Positions 19,605-29,554 of a DNA stretch of 64,000 bases are shown in pieces (position 1 is the first letter of the stretch; each line of letters opens with the position of its first letter). The notes under the pieces were generated by a model. That model had not been told where the DNA came from. It worked only from the letters and a program-made list of their open reading frames with translations, and did not search any database. The position numbers were made by a program, and so were the translations under genes. Source of the stretch: a candidate division WOR-3 bacterium (GTDB taxonomy: Bacteria > Hydrothermota > Tepidihabitantia > Tepidihabitantales > Tepidihabitantaceae). The DNA lies in assembly GCA_013177935.1 (NCBI GenBank), contig JABLXZ010000004.1, forward strand, positions 340,059-404,058, in the 5' to 3' direction.

Positions 19605-20942
19605 CTAAGCGACCAGTTGCGGCAGAACACCCTGTTTCCGGAGCCGGGCGATGTCCAGCGCCTCAACACAGAATTTGATAAACGCCCGCACCCCGGTGCT
19701 GCTCTGCCGGGCAGCGCTGGCTAAAAGCTGTTTCTGCTCTTCAATCGGCAGTTTGAACCCGGGATAGGCACGCTCGTAAATCCGCACCATCGTGGCGAAC
19801 GCATCTGCCAGCGCCTGGTCTTCAAGCGGTGTCAGGGCAATCCGATGCCGCACCGCATTGGCAAGCCGGATATAGCCATACTCGCCCGGGGTTGGTGTCG
19901 TGGCAAAAATGACGAGAAGTGCCGGGTCCCGATATATGTAGGGCACGGGCCGTACCTGATTGTGAATCAGCCGTTCATTGACCATCTTCAACTCCGGGTC
20001 GTTCTGGGCGCAGCGCACAAGACCGTCCATAAAGTTGACACTCTTGGTCAGATAGACCACATCCCAGAGCCGGGTCACGGTCTCCGCCTCATCAATCAAC
20101 AAAACCAGCCCCTTGAGTCCCAACTCCCGGGCGATACAGGAAATCCCGGTGATGATGTTACAGTAAAAGTCCGCTGCGGTAGAAAAGTCGTAAAGCGCCG
20201 GAATCCCCTGCGCACCCCGCACCCGTGAAGCGGTTGGCATCTCTACCGCATACTCCTTGGTACTCTCACCTTCAATCCACTGCCAGAAAACCTCATTCTC
20301 CGGTGAACCGGTATCAAGCCTTCGCAGTTTGTTCAGCACCGGCCCAAAGAAAATGTGGTCGCTGAAATTCAACTGTGTTGCCGCCCGCAACAAATCCCGA
20401 TACCCGTGCTCCATCCCATCCCTGATATAACGGAGGTTGCGCACCAGTTCCCGGTAAACCCGCTTGGGTCGGTGCGGCGAAACCTCCACCGGGTCAAACT
20501 GGACAAAACTCGCCGCCATCCCTTCCTGCAATGCCCGATGTAAACAGTACTCAAGAAGATGGGTCTTGCCCGTACCGTACTCACCCTCCACCATATAAAC
20601 ATCTCCCCGATTACGGGCAAGGTTCTTGAGCGCATCCTCCAGCGTTTTAACCTCCCGTTCCCGGCCAAAGGTAAAGGTCTCAACATCCTGATGCGGCACA
20701 ATACCCAGGCGGAAAGCCTCAATCATCCGACAGGCGCTCACCCGGTCAATTGCTGCAACACTTGCGGTTGCCGACTCTAGTAAATCGCCGTCAAATTCAA
20801 ACAGAAACCGCACCCGATTGCGCGGCAACCACAACCGCAAACCGGTCTGAAACCGCACCAGCAACTCCGTTCCCTGCCACCGGCTGTCAACAACCTCGCC
20901 TTCCCCGAAGACCGGATGCGACACCAGGTTAGAACTCTTCAC
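19605..20942 (-). CDS. DUF2791/BrxD-like P-loop ATPase with N-terminal Tudor-like domain
   Basis: IEAFRLGIVP...GRE.E, Walker A GEYGTGKTH, Walker B LLIDEAE; N-terminus VSHPVFGEGEV. Confidence 0.8.
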   Translation of the reverse strand: MKSSNLVSHPVFGEGEVVDSRWQGTELLVRFQTGLRLWLPRNRVRFLFEFDGDLLESATASVAAIDRVSACRMIEAFRLGIVPHQDVETFTFGREREVKTLEDALKNLARNRGDVYMVEGEYGTGKTHLLEYCLHRALQEGMAASFVQFDPVEVSPHRPKRVYRELVRNLRYIRDGMEHGYRDLLRAATQLNFSDHIFFGPVLNKLRRLDTGSPENEVFWQWIEGESTKEYAVEMPTASRVRGAQGIPALYDFSTAADFYCNIITGISCIARELGLKGLVLLIDEAETVTRLWDVVYLTKSVNFMDGLVRCAQNDPELKMVNERLIHNQVRPVPYIYRDPALLVIFATTPTPGEYGYIRLANAVRHRIALTPLEDQALADAFATMVRIYERAYPGFKLPIEEQKQLLASAARQSSTGVRAFIKFCVEALDIARLRKQGVLPQLVA

Positions 20943-22194
20943 GCTCCACCTTCTCCTGCTCGCTCCGCTCCAGGCGCTGGGTTGTCACCCGCAAAAGTTT
21001 CTCCGCATCCCGCTCGGTCAACACCAACCCCGGATTGGCGCGCACCTGATGCAAAAACTCCACCGCCGCAACAACAAACAACCGCCGGTAACTAACATCA
21101 AGCACAAACCCCCTGACCGCAGTCTCAGCAAGCAGTTTCAAACTCCGCTCCACACCGCTGACCTTTGCCCCGTAAGCGGTCTCAAAAAGGTCAACGAGCC
21201 GCCTGCCCAGTTCCTCCAGAAACGACACCGGCTCAATACCCAACTCCTCTAAGTTAATCCGCACCCCGACCGGATTTGCCTCAGAAAACCCGCTGCGCAA
21301 CCGCTGCTTCAGCGCCTCGTAAACCGGTCCCGAACCCTCCAAAAGCAGATTCTCATCCGGCACCGCATAGAAAAACATCGCTCCGGGCAAACGCGAGTTA
21401 CCGCACTCATCAACCAACTGCCGCAGATTGTCCAGCGCCCGGCGTCGGTCCCTTGACGAAGAGATTGACATCCCCCGCTCCGCCTCATCAAACAGCAAAA
21501 CCACGCCCCGAAACCCAATCGTATGCACCCACTGAATCAAGGAGCGCAGCATCCGGAATGCGGTTGACTTGTCAATCCGCTCGGAAATCTTAAACCGCGC
21601 CCGTGCCTCGCGGGAAATCTCCTCACCCTTAAGCCACTGCACCGCTTCGGTGAACCCGTCAATATCTTCGGCTAACAGGGCGCTGAACGCACCCTTCACC
21701 CCGTTAAAGAAACTGGTTGAGTCCGGCACCGGTAACTGCAACAGATACTCCTGCAACCGCTCTGGCTTGTCCTCCTTACTGCGCCAGGTTGCTGCCCAGT
21801 GCCGAATCACCGCATCAATCCCCTTGTCGGTCAGCGTTGCCAAGCGGCTTGTCTCCTGCGGTGCGGTCAGATTGAGCGCCACCATCTTGTAAACCAGTTC
21901 CAGTTTATCAAACGGACATTCAATCGGCGACAAACTCACATACGCCACACAGTAATTGTGCTTAAACGCCCGGTTGCGCACCGCATAAAGAAAGTGCGTC
22001 TTGCCCCCGCCGTAATTCCCGGTAACCAGTTTAAAACTGGACAGATTGTACTTCAAAATCCCGTTCAGATACTCATCCTCCACCACCTGCAACAGCCGGT
22101 CCAGCCCGACCGTAAACGCCTCAATCCCGAACTCGGGTGGTGTGCCGGTTGAGCCTAATTTATTGATAATTGCCCTTGCCAGTTCTCTATCCAT
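20929..22194 (-). CDS. DUF2791/BrxD-like P-loop ATPase
   Basis: II..L...G.PP..G...F.VG, FKLVTGNYGGGKTHFL, QWLKGE, GVVLLFDEAE, YEALKQRL. Confidence 0.85.
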   Translation of the reverse strand: MDRELARAIINKLGSTGTPPEFGIEAFTVGLDRLLQVVEDEYLNGILKYNLSSFKLVTGNYGGGKTHFLYAVRNRAFKHNYCVAYVSLSPIECPFDKLELVYKMVALNLTAPQETSRLATLTDKGIDAVIRHWAATWRSKEDKPERLQEYLLQLPVPDSTSFFNGVKGAFSALLAEDIDGFTEAVQWLKGEEISREARARFKISERIDKSTAFRMLRSLIQWVHTIGFRGVVLLFDEAERGMSISSSRDRRRALDNLRQLVDECGNSRLPGAMFFYAVPDENLLLEGSGPVYEALKQRLRSGFSEANPVGVRINLEELGIEPVSFLEELGRRLVDLFETAYGAKVSGVERSLKLLAETAVRGFVLDVSYRRLFVVAAVEFLHQVRANPGLVLTERDAEKLLRVTTQRLERSEQEKVEREEF

Positions 22195-22215
22195 TGCCCG
22201 CTCCTCGCTTAAAAA

Positions 22216-23064
22216 CTACCCGTTGACAAAAGAAATATACGAATAAAAGGTGCCCTCGCCCTCCTCATTATCCGGCACCCACAGCGCCTTTGCCTTCTCC
22301 GCGGTGGCGTCAAAATTTGCCACCGACAGCCGCAACCCCTTGCCGCCAACGGTACGGACACCGGAACGCTTCAAAAGGTACAGGTCGTAACTGAACCGGA
22401 TGCGCGGGTACTCAACAAACCGCTCCCGCACCGGATTCACCCGAAACCCATCCGACTGCATCAAAAACACCATCTCGCCCAGCAAATCCACCAAAAAAAC
22501 CCGCTCCCCTTCCGCCACATTCCGCGCCACACAGACCCGGCGATAGGCGGTAAAAAGCCGCTCCCCAAACTCCGCCGGCTCCTTAATCGCCCGCTTCTTC
22601 AAACTCTCATCATAACTCCGCAACAGTTTTGCCAGCCCCAGCGGCTCCAGTTTCACCCCACCTTTTAGCAACTCAATCTCCGGACCCCAGAAAACGGTTG
22701 CTTTACCTGTGGCAAAGTCTACCCGCACCGAAAACAACCCGCACCGCAAAAACGGCAACTGCCCCTTAACATTCAAACCGCTCCCTTCCAGACCAGCAAG
22801 CAACTGCCTGCCAAACTCAAACTTAAACTCCTCCTTTGCCGCCTCAATCTGCCTCTTCTCCTCATCCAGCCACTGCCGCACCTTATCCCTTACCTCGCCC
22901 GGTGCAAGACCATCAAGTACCTTCTCCACCTCAACCACCAGCCGCTCCCTTTCATACGCATTCCGAACCGGCTCGGCAATCAGCCGGCTATAACCGGCAA
23001 GCAGTTTTGCCACCTTCTGGGACCGCAAAGCGGTATCCTTCAAAACACCAATCAGCCCTTCCAT
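22216..23064 (-). CDS. hypothetical protein, first gene of the ATPase-ATPase-helicase operon
   Basis: 282-aa ORF with a charged helical N-terminal half; promoter directly upstream. Confidence 0.8.
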   Translation of the reverse strand: MEGLIGVLKDTALRSQKVAKLLAGYSRLIAEPVRNAYERERLVVEVEKVLDGLAPGEVRDKVRQWLDEEKRQIEAAKEEFKFEFGRQLLAGLEGSGLNVKGQLPFLRCGLFSVRVDFATGKATVFWGPEIELLKGGVKLEPLGLAKLLRSYDESLKKRAIKEPAEFGERLFTAYRRVCVARNVAEGERVFLVDLLGEMVFLMQSDGFRVNPVRERFVEYPRIRFSYDLYLLKRSGVRTVGGKGLRLSVANFDATAEKAKALWVPDNEEGEGTFYSYISFVNG

Positions 23065-23072
23065 AATTTATC

Positions 23073-23101
23073 AGTATATTATCCCGACTTTATAATGTCA
23101 A
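23073..23101 (-). promoter_or_regulatory. near-consensus sigma70 promoter
   Basis: TTGACA-N17-TATACT-N8-ATG, no SD. Confidence 0.7.
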
Positions 23102-23535
23102 CAGAACAGTACAGACTTCTCGTCCACGAACCATCCGCGCCCCGTTGCGTCAGTTAAACCGAAAAGCGGTTGCCCGCTATTAAATCAATACGAAAAATCA
23201 CCAAAAAGTGACAAAAAACCGTGCCCTGCACAGTCCGGGGGTAATTCCTGGGATAGTCTTCTATGCCCCCTTTCTTACCCATAGCGCGTTAGCACGGAAG
23301 TGAGTCATAACGGTAGTTAGAATCACCCTTTACGATTCTATCTTATTGATAATAAATACTGTTATGTAATATACCCTGCGACCCGATACTTACTGTCGAG
23401 AAAACCGGGCACCACCCTGAGCCGTTTTTACCACCCTTTACCGGTCTATTTCCGTCTTTGTTCCGATGGCTGTTTTCTAATCTGCGTCCACCATTCCTTC
23501 GGGAAAATCTTCACACCGCCTTTCGGCGGTCCAAC

Positions 23536-25044
23536 TTATTTGACTACAATCAATTTAAGGAAGTTAACCACCTGCTGGGTATTTTGGAGGGGGACGACTT
23601 TAATTAGATAAATTCCCGGCGCGATGCCCGCGGTGTTCAGGAGAAAATCACCTTTTCGAAGATATTCAGAGTGGCTCTTTAGTCGCCTGCCCGTGATATC
23701 AAAGACAGTAAACTGGTAATCTCCCGGTTCATAAACGGCAATCGGAACCGACTGACCACAGTGCACGATTTTTGATTTGAGCGGGTGGGAAAGGTAAGGT
23801 TGCCTTTCTGTCTCTTCAATTCCTGAACCCAGGGAAAGTTTCATTACGAAGAGGTCGAAGTTATAGATGTTATTTCCGCAACCGCCAAAAATATAGCAGT
23901 CGTTCATTCCAAACAGTTCAATGTACCCACCAGAGGTGAGTGTGTCGAATCGATAATAACGGGTAAAGATGGTGTCACCATCCGGGGTGTAGGCAACCAG
24001 CACGCATTTGGAACTGTCAGCGCGAGGACCAGGATAGGGGTCAAAGCCTATGCCACCGGTAGTAAGGATTTTACCTGATGGGTGGACCTTCAATTTGCTA
24101 AAGTTAGATTCGGGCACCTGTTGGGGAAACAACCTCTGCCACAGGAGTTCGCCTGTTGGGCTTACCTTCATCACAATCCCTTGATGGGGAAGAACCGGGT
24201 CTTCACCGGTATCACCAGAAATGTAGATGTAGTTTTCGGTGTCCACTGCAATACCAGTTGACCAATCCTCAAGATTGGCATCAAAACGGCGCCACCAGAT
24301 AATATCGCCATCAGGCGTTAATTTGATTACAAAGAAGTCAAAACTCCATTCGATAAAACTGCCAAATTCACCCGTGCCCACAAGGTTACCATCTCGGTCC
24401 CAAACCAACTCAGCAAACCCTTCGGTGTCGTCGTTGCTGCTCAGGTCGTAATCGCGCACCCAGAGGATGTCTCCTTCTGGAGAAAGTTTCATCAGTAAAA
24501 TTCCGCCCAGCAGTCCGTAGTCGTAGTAATGTCCACCAGCGATGATGTTTTGCGACTCGTCAAACACAACACTTGACAAAACTGTTTGGGGCATATTGTT
24601 AAACCGATAGCGTCTCTGCCACAACAGGTTCCCGGTAGGGTCCAATTTGATTATCAGACCATCAATTGATGAGTCACGATGCGGAAACCTAATAAGCCCA
24701 ACCACGACAATGTTGCCCATCCGGTCAATTGCGACATTAAACACCTCTTCATCATATGCGGTGTCGTCTAAAACCCAGTTCCAGAGGGTGTCGCCTGACG
24801 GACTATATTTTATTAGTAGAATCCCTATATGGTTGAAGGAATCACTGTCCATCGTTGCGGCGACGACGACAGCGTTTCCCAGCGAGTCAACCGCACCTCC
24901 GCTGCAAATGTCAACTCTTCCGGTGTCAAATTCTCTAATCCACACCACATCCTGGGCAAATACCCCACCCGTAATAATGAAGATGACAATTAAAACAAGG
25001 GGCAAGCGGCGTAGAGCCGCTTGCCCCGGATTTCTACTACTCAT
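23536..25044 (-). CDS. secreted beta-propeller repeat protein with T9SS-like C-terminal sorting domain
   Basis: Signal peptide; recurring (L/I)K.SP.GD.LW blades; VFDITGRRL...GIYLIKV tail. Start is ATG 25044 or 25056. Confidence 0.8.
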   Translation of the reverse strand: MSSRNPGQAALRRLPLVLIVIFIITGGVFAQDVVWIREFDTGRVDICSGGAVDSLGNAVVVAATMDSDSFNHIGILLIKYSPSGDTLWNWVLDDTAYDEEVFNVAIDRMGNIVVVGLIRFPHRDSSIDGLIIKLDPTGNLLWQRRYRFNNMPQTVLSSVVFDESQNIIAGGHYYDYGLLGGILLMKLSPEGDILWVRDYDLSSNDDTEGFAELVWDRDGNLVGTGEFGSFIEWSFDFFVIKLTPDGDIIWWRRFDANLEDWSTGIAVDTENYIYISGDTGEDPVLPHQGIVMKVSPTGELLWQRLFPQQVPESNFSKLKVHPSGKILTTGGIGFDPYPGPRADSSKCVLVAYTPDGDTIFTRYYRFDTLTSGGYIELFGMNDCYIFGGCGNNIYNFDLFVMKLSLGSGIEETERQPYLSHPLKSKIVHCGQSVPIAVYEPGDYQFTVFDITGRRLKSHSEYLRKGDFLLNTAGIAPGIYLIKVVPLQNTQQVVNFLKLIVVK

Positions 25045-25664
25045 TGCGCCAAACATCGGTCTCCTTAGCCGGTGTTTCTCTCACCCACCAGTGCCAGCCG
25101 TGTTGATTCCAGGTATATTGGGAATTTATGCTGTGGCCTGTGTCCCACCACACAAGGACAGAGTCACCCTGCGTGGTTGTGGCTTCAGCGGTTTGTATGG
25201 AAAGAAGTTGAGAAGTATCTCCCCACGCAAACTTTCTGTATCTCCCCCTCACCTTGCAATAACCCTCGGTTGGCCTTATCGTTTTGGAACCGCGATTGAT
25301 ACGTCTCTTCACATAAGGGCGCTGGGGATCTGGGTAGATTAAAATCCAGGATATCGCCTTGTAGCCCGAGTGGTCTACTATGTTAGTAGAAATGTTAGAA
25401 GGATTTGCCTGTGCCAGTTGTTCAGTCGCTGTTAGATAACCCGCCGCGTGGAATTCGTCCAGTGTCATCTCTTGAAAGTCGAGACCATCGGCTTGTATAA
25501 CGGTGGAGTCTGGTTCTCCGTAAACCTCAACGACGCAGACACCTTCTTCATCATCATCGGTAAACTCGGCAACATAGTATCGTGCGGTGCTGGTTCCCTG
25601 TGCTACCAGCAATAGGGGGGGGGGCAAAAAGCAGGGTCAGGATGATGTTTTTGAGGTTGCCCAT
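25037..25664 (-). pseudogene. secreted hypothetical protein frameshifted at a C10 tract (phase-OFF state or sequencing error)
   Basis: AAGGAGG SD with ATG at 25664. With C9 it reads MGNLKNIILTLLFAPPLLLVAQGTST... into the 196-aa ORF; with C10 it stops early. Confidence 0.7.
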
Positions 25665-25693
25665 AAAAGACCTCCTTTATTTAACCTCGACCA

Positions 25694-25722
25694 ACTATAA
25701 CAAATATTAACCATTTTGTCAA
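25694..25722 (-). promoter_or_regulatory. sigma70 promoter of the secreted-protein pair
   Basis: TTGACA-N17-TATAGT. Confidence 0.65.
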
Positions 25723-25877
25723 GAAACGGAATTTGCTCCTGTTGCGGCGGGGTACCTTATCAGAGTATGTTGTAGCCGGTATTGACAGTTTGTTTATCAT
25801 TGACTTTTATTAAATCTGATTTAGAGTATTAAGAAGTAGTCAGGCGCTTTATTGAGGCTGCTGAAGAACTGACACCA

Positions 25878-25964
25878 GGAGGGCTAGCCTAACTGGTAAG
25901 GCAGCAGACTTGAAATCTGCCGACCCTTCAACGGGTCTTGCGGGTTCGAATCCTGCGCCCTCCG
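25878..25964 (+). tRNA. tRNA-Ser(TGA), CCA not encoded
   Basis: Acceptor stem GGAGGGC/GCCCTCC, anticodon arm GCAGA-CTTGAAA-TCTGC, long variable arm, GTTCGAATC. Confidence 0.95.
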
Positions 25965-25969
25965 TAGTA

Positions 25970-26017
25970 AGGATAGAGCAGAAGCGCAGTAGCGGGATAG
26001 AGCAGAAGGCCAGAAGT
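25970..26017 (-). repeat. octamer tandem repeats in the tRNA spacer
   Basis: AGAGCAGA AGCGCAGT AGCGGGAT AGAGCAGA AGGCCAGA; reverse complement of units in the 46789-46948 array. Confidence 0.6.
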
Positions 26018-26064
26018 AATGTCCGACCGGAACGCTTTTCTGCTACTGACTTTTACGCAAATCT

Positions 26065-26153
26065 GGAGAGGTGGCCGAGCGGCTGAAGGCAACCGCTTGC
26101 TAAGCGGTTATACGGCTAACCCCGTATCAAGGGTTCGAATCCCTTCCTCTCCG
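26065..26153 (+). tRNA. tRNA-Ser(GCT), CCA not encoded
   Basis: Acceptor GGAGAGG/CCTCTCC, anticodon arm ACCGC-TTGCTAA-GCGGT, long variable arm, GTTCGAATC. Confidence 0.95.
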
Positions 26154-26239
26154 TTTAACAACGCTCCCTTTTGCCCGCTTGTGCTAAAAACAGATGGGCA
26201 GGGGAAAATAATTTGACGATAACTCAATAACATTTAACT

Positions 26240-27817
26240 ATGAATAACGAGCCGGTGCGCGTCCGTATTGCCCCTTCACCAACCGGTGCGATGCACCTTG
26301 GTCTTGCCCGCACCGCCCTTTACAACTATCTGTTTGCCCGTCAGCACCAGGGTGTGTTCATCCTGCGGATTGACGACACCGACCAGGTGCGCAATCAGGC
26401 GGAGATGCTTGAGCCCATCCTTGATGGCTTGCGCTGGCTCGGGCTGGAATGGGACGAAGGTCCAGAAAAGGGCGGACCTTACGAACCCTACTACCAGTCG
26501 CAACGGAGCGCAATCTATCAGGCGGCGGTGGAAAAACTGCTTGCCTGTGGTGCCGCCTATCTTGACTACGCCACGCCAGAAGAGATCGCTGCGGAACGGG
26601 AGCAGGCGCGGCAACGGGGCGAGACCTTTCGCTATAGCCGGCGCTGGATGGCAGAAACCGCAGAACAAAAGGCAAGTTTTGAAGCCCAGGGTAGAAAGCC
26701 GGTAGTCCGTTTGAAGATGCCCCAATCGGGCACAATGGTGATTGAAGACCTGATTCGCGGCCGGGTGGAGTTTGACCTTGCCCTGGAACAGGACCACATC
26801 ATCCAGCGTCAGGACGGCACATTCCTTTACCATCTGACCAGCGCAGTTGACGACGGCGAGATGAAAATCAGCCACATCATCCGCGCCGAAGAGCACCTTT
26901 CCAACACCCCGCGCCAGGTTTTTATCCTTCAGGCGCTCGGCTATCCTTTGCCCCGCTTTGCCCATCTGCCGTTTGTTGCGGAACCGGGCAGTAAGAACAA
27001 GTTGAGCAAGCGCCGGCTCAAGGAGTACCTGAAGCGTGCCGAGTTCAAGGAGTTGATGACCAAAGGCGAACTGATTGCCCGGCGTTTGAACCTGAGCACC
27101 AGCCCGGATTTGTTAAATCCGGTGGTGATTGACTTCTACGAAAAGATTGGATTTCTACCCGAAGCGCTTCTTAACTACCTTGCCCTTTTAGGCTGGGCAC
27201 TGGACGACCGCACCGAATACTTCACTAAAGAGGAACTCATCCGCTCCTTTTCCCTTGACCGGGTCAATCGGGCGCCGGCAAGTTTTGACCCGCAAAAACT
27301 GCTCGCATTCCAGGTCCATTATATGATGCAACTGCCTGTGGCAAAAAGGGTGGAACTGGTCCTGCCCTATCTGATAAAAGCCGGACTAATAAAGGAGCCG
27401 GTTGCACCGGAAATTCAGGAGATGGTTGGTGCAATCGTCCAGGCTGCGGGTGACCGCATCAAGGTTGCGGGCGACATCCTTGAATACGACTACTTCTTCC
27501 TGCCCGATGAGCAACTAACTCTTGACCCGAAGGCAGTAAAGCGCTGGGTCGCACCCGAAGGACAAAAGGCGCTGCTTGCCGAGTTTGAAGCCGCGCTGAC
27601 CGAAATCCTCAACTTCACCAAGCCGGTAATTGAGTCGCTTGTTGCCCAGCTTGCCGCGGCAACAAACACCAAGCCGATGGCGGTCAGTCAGGCGCTACGG
27701 GCCGCTTTGACCGGAAAGGATTACGGATTTGCAATTGCCGACTGTGTGATGATTCTTGGCAGAGACCGGGTCCGTAACCGAATTCGCCGGGCACTAACCG
27801 TGGCGCAACAAACTTAA
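26240..27817 (+). CDS. gltX: glutamate--tRNA ligase
   Basis: RIAPSPTG.MHLG, LRIDDTD, YYQSQR, IRAEEH, KLSKR. Confidence 0.95.
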   Translation: MNNEPVRVRIAPSPTGAMHLGLARTALYNYLFARQHQGVFILRIDDTDQVRNQAEMLEPILDGLRWLGLEWDEGPEKGGPYEPYYQSQRSAIYQAAVEKLLACGAAYLDYATPEEIAAEREQARQRGETFRYSRRWMAETAEQKASFEAQGRKPVVRLKMPQSGTMVIEDLIRGRVEFDLALEQDHIIQRQDGTFLYHLTSAVDDGEMKISHIIRAEEHLSNTPRQVFILQALGYPLPRFAHLPFVAEPGSKNKLSKRRLKEYLKRAEFKELMTKGELIARRLNLSTSPDLLNPVVIDFYEKIGFLPEALLNYLALLGWALDDRTEYFTKEELIRSFSLDRVNRAPASFDPQKLLAFQVHYMMQLPVAKRVELVLPYLIKAGLIKEPVAPEIQEMVGAIVQAAGDRIKVAGDILEYDYFFLPDEQLTLDPKAVKRWVAPEGQKALLAEFEAALTEILNFTKPVIESLVAQLAAATNTKPMAVSQALRAALTGKDYGFAIADCVMILGRDRVRNRIRRALTVAQQT

Positions 27818-27832
27818 CATTCAGGAGTTGCT

Positions 27833-29554
27833 ATGGCAGAGAAAGACCGAATCGCCGAAGAAAAATCTGGACCGGACTTTATCCGGCGCATCATCAACGA
27901 AGACTTAAAGAGTGGCAGGTTTTCGCCGCCAATTGTCACCCGCTTTCCGCCCGAGCCTAACGGCTATCTCCACATTGGCCATGCCAAGTCAATCTGCCTG
28001 AACTTCGGCATCGCCCGCGAGTACGGCGGCAGGTGCCATCTGCGCTTTGACGACACCAACCCGGAAAAGGAAGAAGAGGAGTTTGTCCGTTCCATTATGG
28101 AAGATGTCCGCTGGCTGGGGTTTGACTGGGGTGAACACCTGTACTACGCTTCCGACTACTTTGAGCAGTTGTACCAGTGGGCAATTGAGTTAATCAAAAA
28201 GGGCAAGGCGTATGTGTGCGACCTTTCCCCCGAACAGGTCCGGGAGTACCGGGGCACTTTAACCGAACCGGGCAAGGAGAGCCCGTATCGCAACCGTTCA
28301 GTTGAAGAGAACCTTGACCTGTTTGAGCGGATGCGCCGGGGCGAATTTCCAGACGGCTCCAAAACCCTGCGGGCAAAGATTGATATGGCTTCGCCCAACC
28401 TCAATCTGCGCGACCCGGTGATGTACCGGATTATGAAGGTGCCGCACCATCGCACCGGTGACAAGTGGTGCATCTATCCAACCTACGACTGGGCACATGG
28501 CCAGTCCGACTCAATTGAAGGTATCACCCACTCCATCTGCACTTTGGAGTTTGAAGACCACAGGCCCCTTTACGACTGGTTTCTTGACCAGTTAGGTGTC
28601 CATCACCCCCGTCAGGTTGAGTTTGCCCGGCTCAACCTCACCTATACGGTGATGAGCAAGCGCCGGCTCTTAGAACTGGTGGAAAAGGGTTATGTTTCGG
28701 GCTGGGACGACCCGCGCCTTCCTACCATCGCGGGTTTGCGGCGTCGGGGCTACACACCGGAGTCAATCCGCAACTTCTGCGACCGGGTTGGTGTGGGCAA
28801 GGCGGACACCGTGGTGGCGATTGAACTGCTTGAAGACTGCATCCGGGAAGATTTGAACAGGCGTGCCCCGCGCGTGATGGCGGTTCTGAAACCGCTCAAG
28901 GTGGTGATTGAAAACTTTCCCGAAGGCAAGGTTGAAGAGGTTGAGGCGCTCAACAACCCGGAAGACCCAGCAGCGGGCACCAGGCTCGTGCCCTTCTCCC
29001 GGGAAATCTACATTGAAGAAGACGACTTCCGGGAAGAGCCGCCCCCAAAGTACTACCGGCTTGCGCCCGGTCGCGAAGTCCGGCTCCGCTACGCCTACAT
29101 CATCAAATGTGTCGGCGTGGTCAAGGACGCTTCGGGTCAGATTCGGGAGTTGCGCTGTGTTTACGACCCCTTAACCCGCAGCGGTACTGAAACCCGCAAG
29201 GTCAAGGCGACCCTGCACTGGGTGTCTGCCGCTCACGCCCTGAACGCCGAAGTCCGGCTCTATGACCGGCTCTTCTTAAAACCGGACCCGGACGATGTGC
29301 CCGAAGGCCTGGACTGGAAGGCAAACCTCAACCCCAACTCACTTGTCGTGCTTAACAACTGCAAGGTGGAGCCGTCCTTGAAAAATGTCCAGCCCGGTGA
29401 CCGGTTCCAGTTTGAGCGGTTGGGCTACTTCTGTGCCGACCTCAAAGATTGTAAACCGGAACACCTGGTGTTCAACCGCACCGTCACTTTGCGGGACACC
29501 TGGGCAAAAATCGAACAGAAACTGAAACAAAGCCAACCAGGAGAGAAGAAATGA
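27833..29554 (+). CDS. glnS: glutamine--tRNA ligase
   Basis: [41 protein letters not shown]. Confidence 0.97.
   Translation: MAEKDRIAEEKSGPDFIRRIINEDLKSGRFSPPIVTRFPPEPNGYLHIGHAKSICLNFGIAREYGGRCHLRFDDTNPEKEEEEFVRSIMEDVRWLGFDWGEHLYYASDYFEQLYQWAIELIKKGKAYVCDLSPEQVREYRGTLTEPGKESPYRNRSVEENLDLFERMRRGEFPDGSKTLRAKIDMASPNLNLRDPVMYRIMKVPHHRTGDKWCIYPTYDWAHGQSDSIEGITHSICTLEFEDHRPLYDWFLDQLGVHHPRQVEFARLNLTYTVMSKRRLLELVEKGYVSGWDDPRLPTIAGLRRRGYTPESIRNFCDRVGVGKADTVVAIELLEDCIREDLNRRAPRVMAVLKPLKVVIENFPEGKVEEVEALNNPEDPAAGTRLVPFSREIYIEEDDFREEPPPKYYRLAPGREVRLRYAYIIKCVGVVKDASGQIRELRCVYDPLTRSGTETRKVKATLHWVSAAHALNAEVRLYDRLFLKPDPDDVPEGLDWKANLNPNSLVVLNNCKVEPSLKNVQPGDRFQFERLGYFCADLKDCKPEHLVFNRTVTLRDTWAKIEQKLKQSQPGEKK

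Noticed and set aside
17515..22194. Complete BREX system
   Set aside because: No pglX, pglZ, brxC/pglY or pglW in the window.
26019..26216. 65-aa ORF
   Set aside because: Overlaps tRNA-Ser(GCT).
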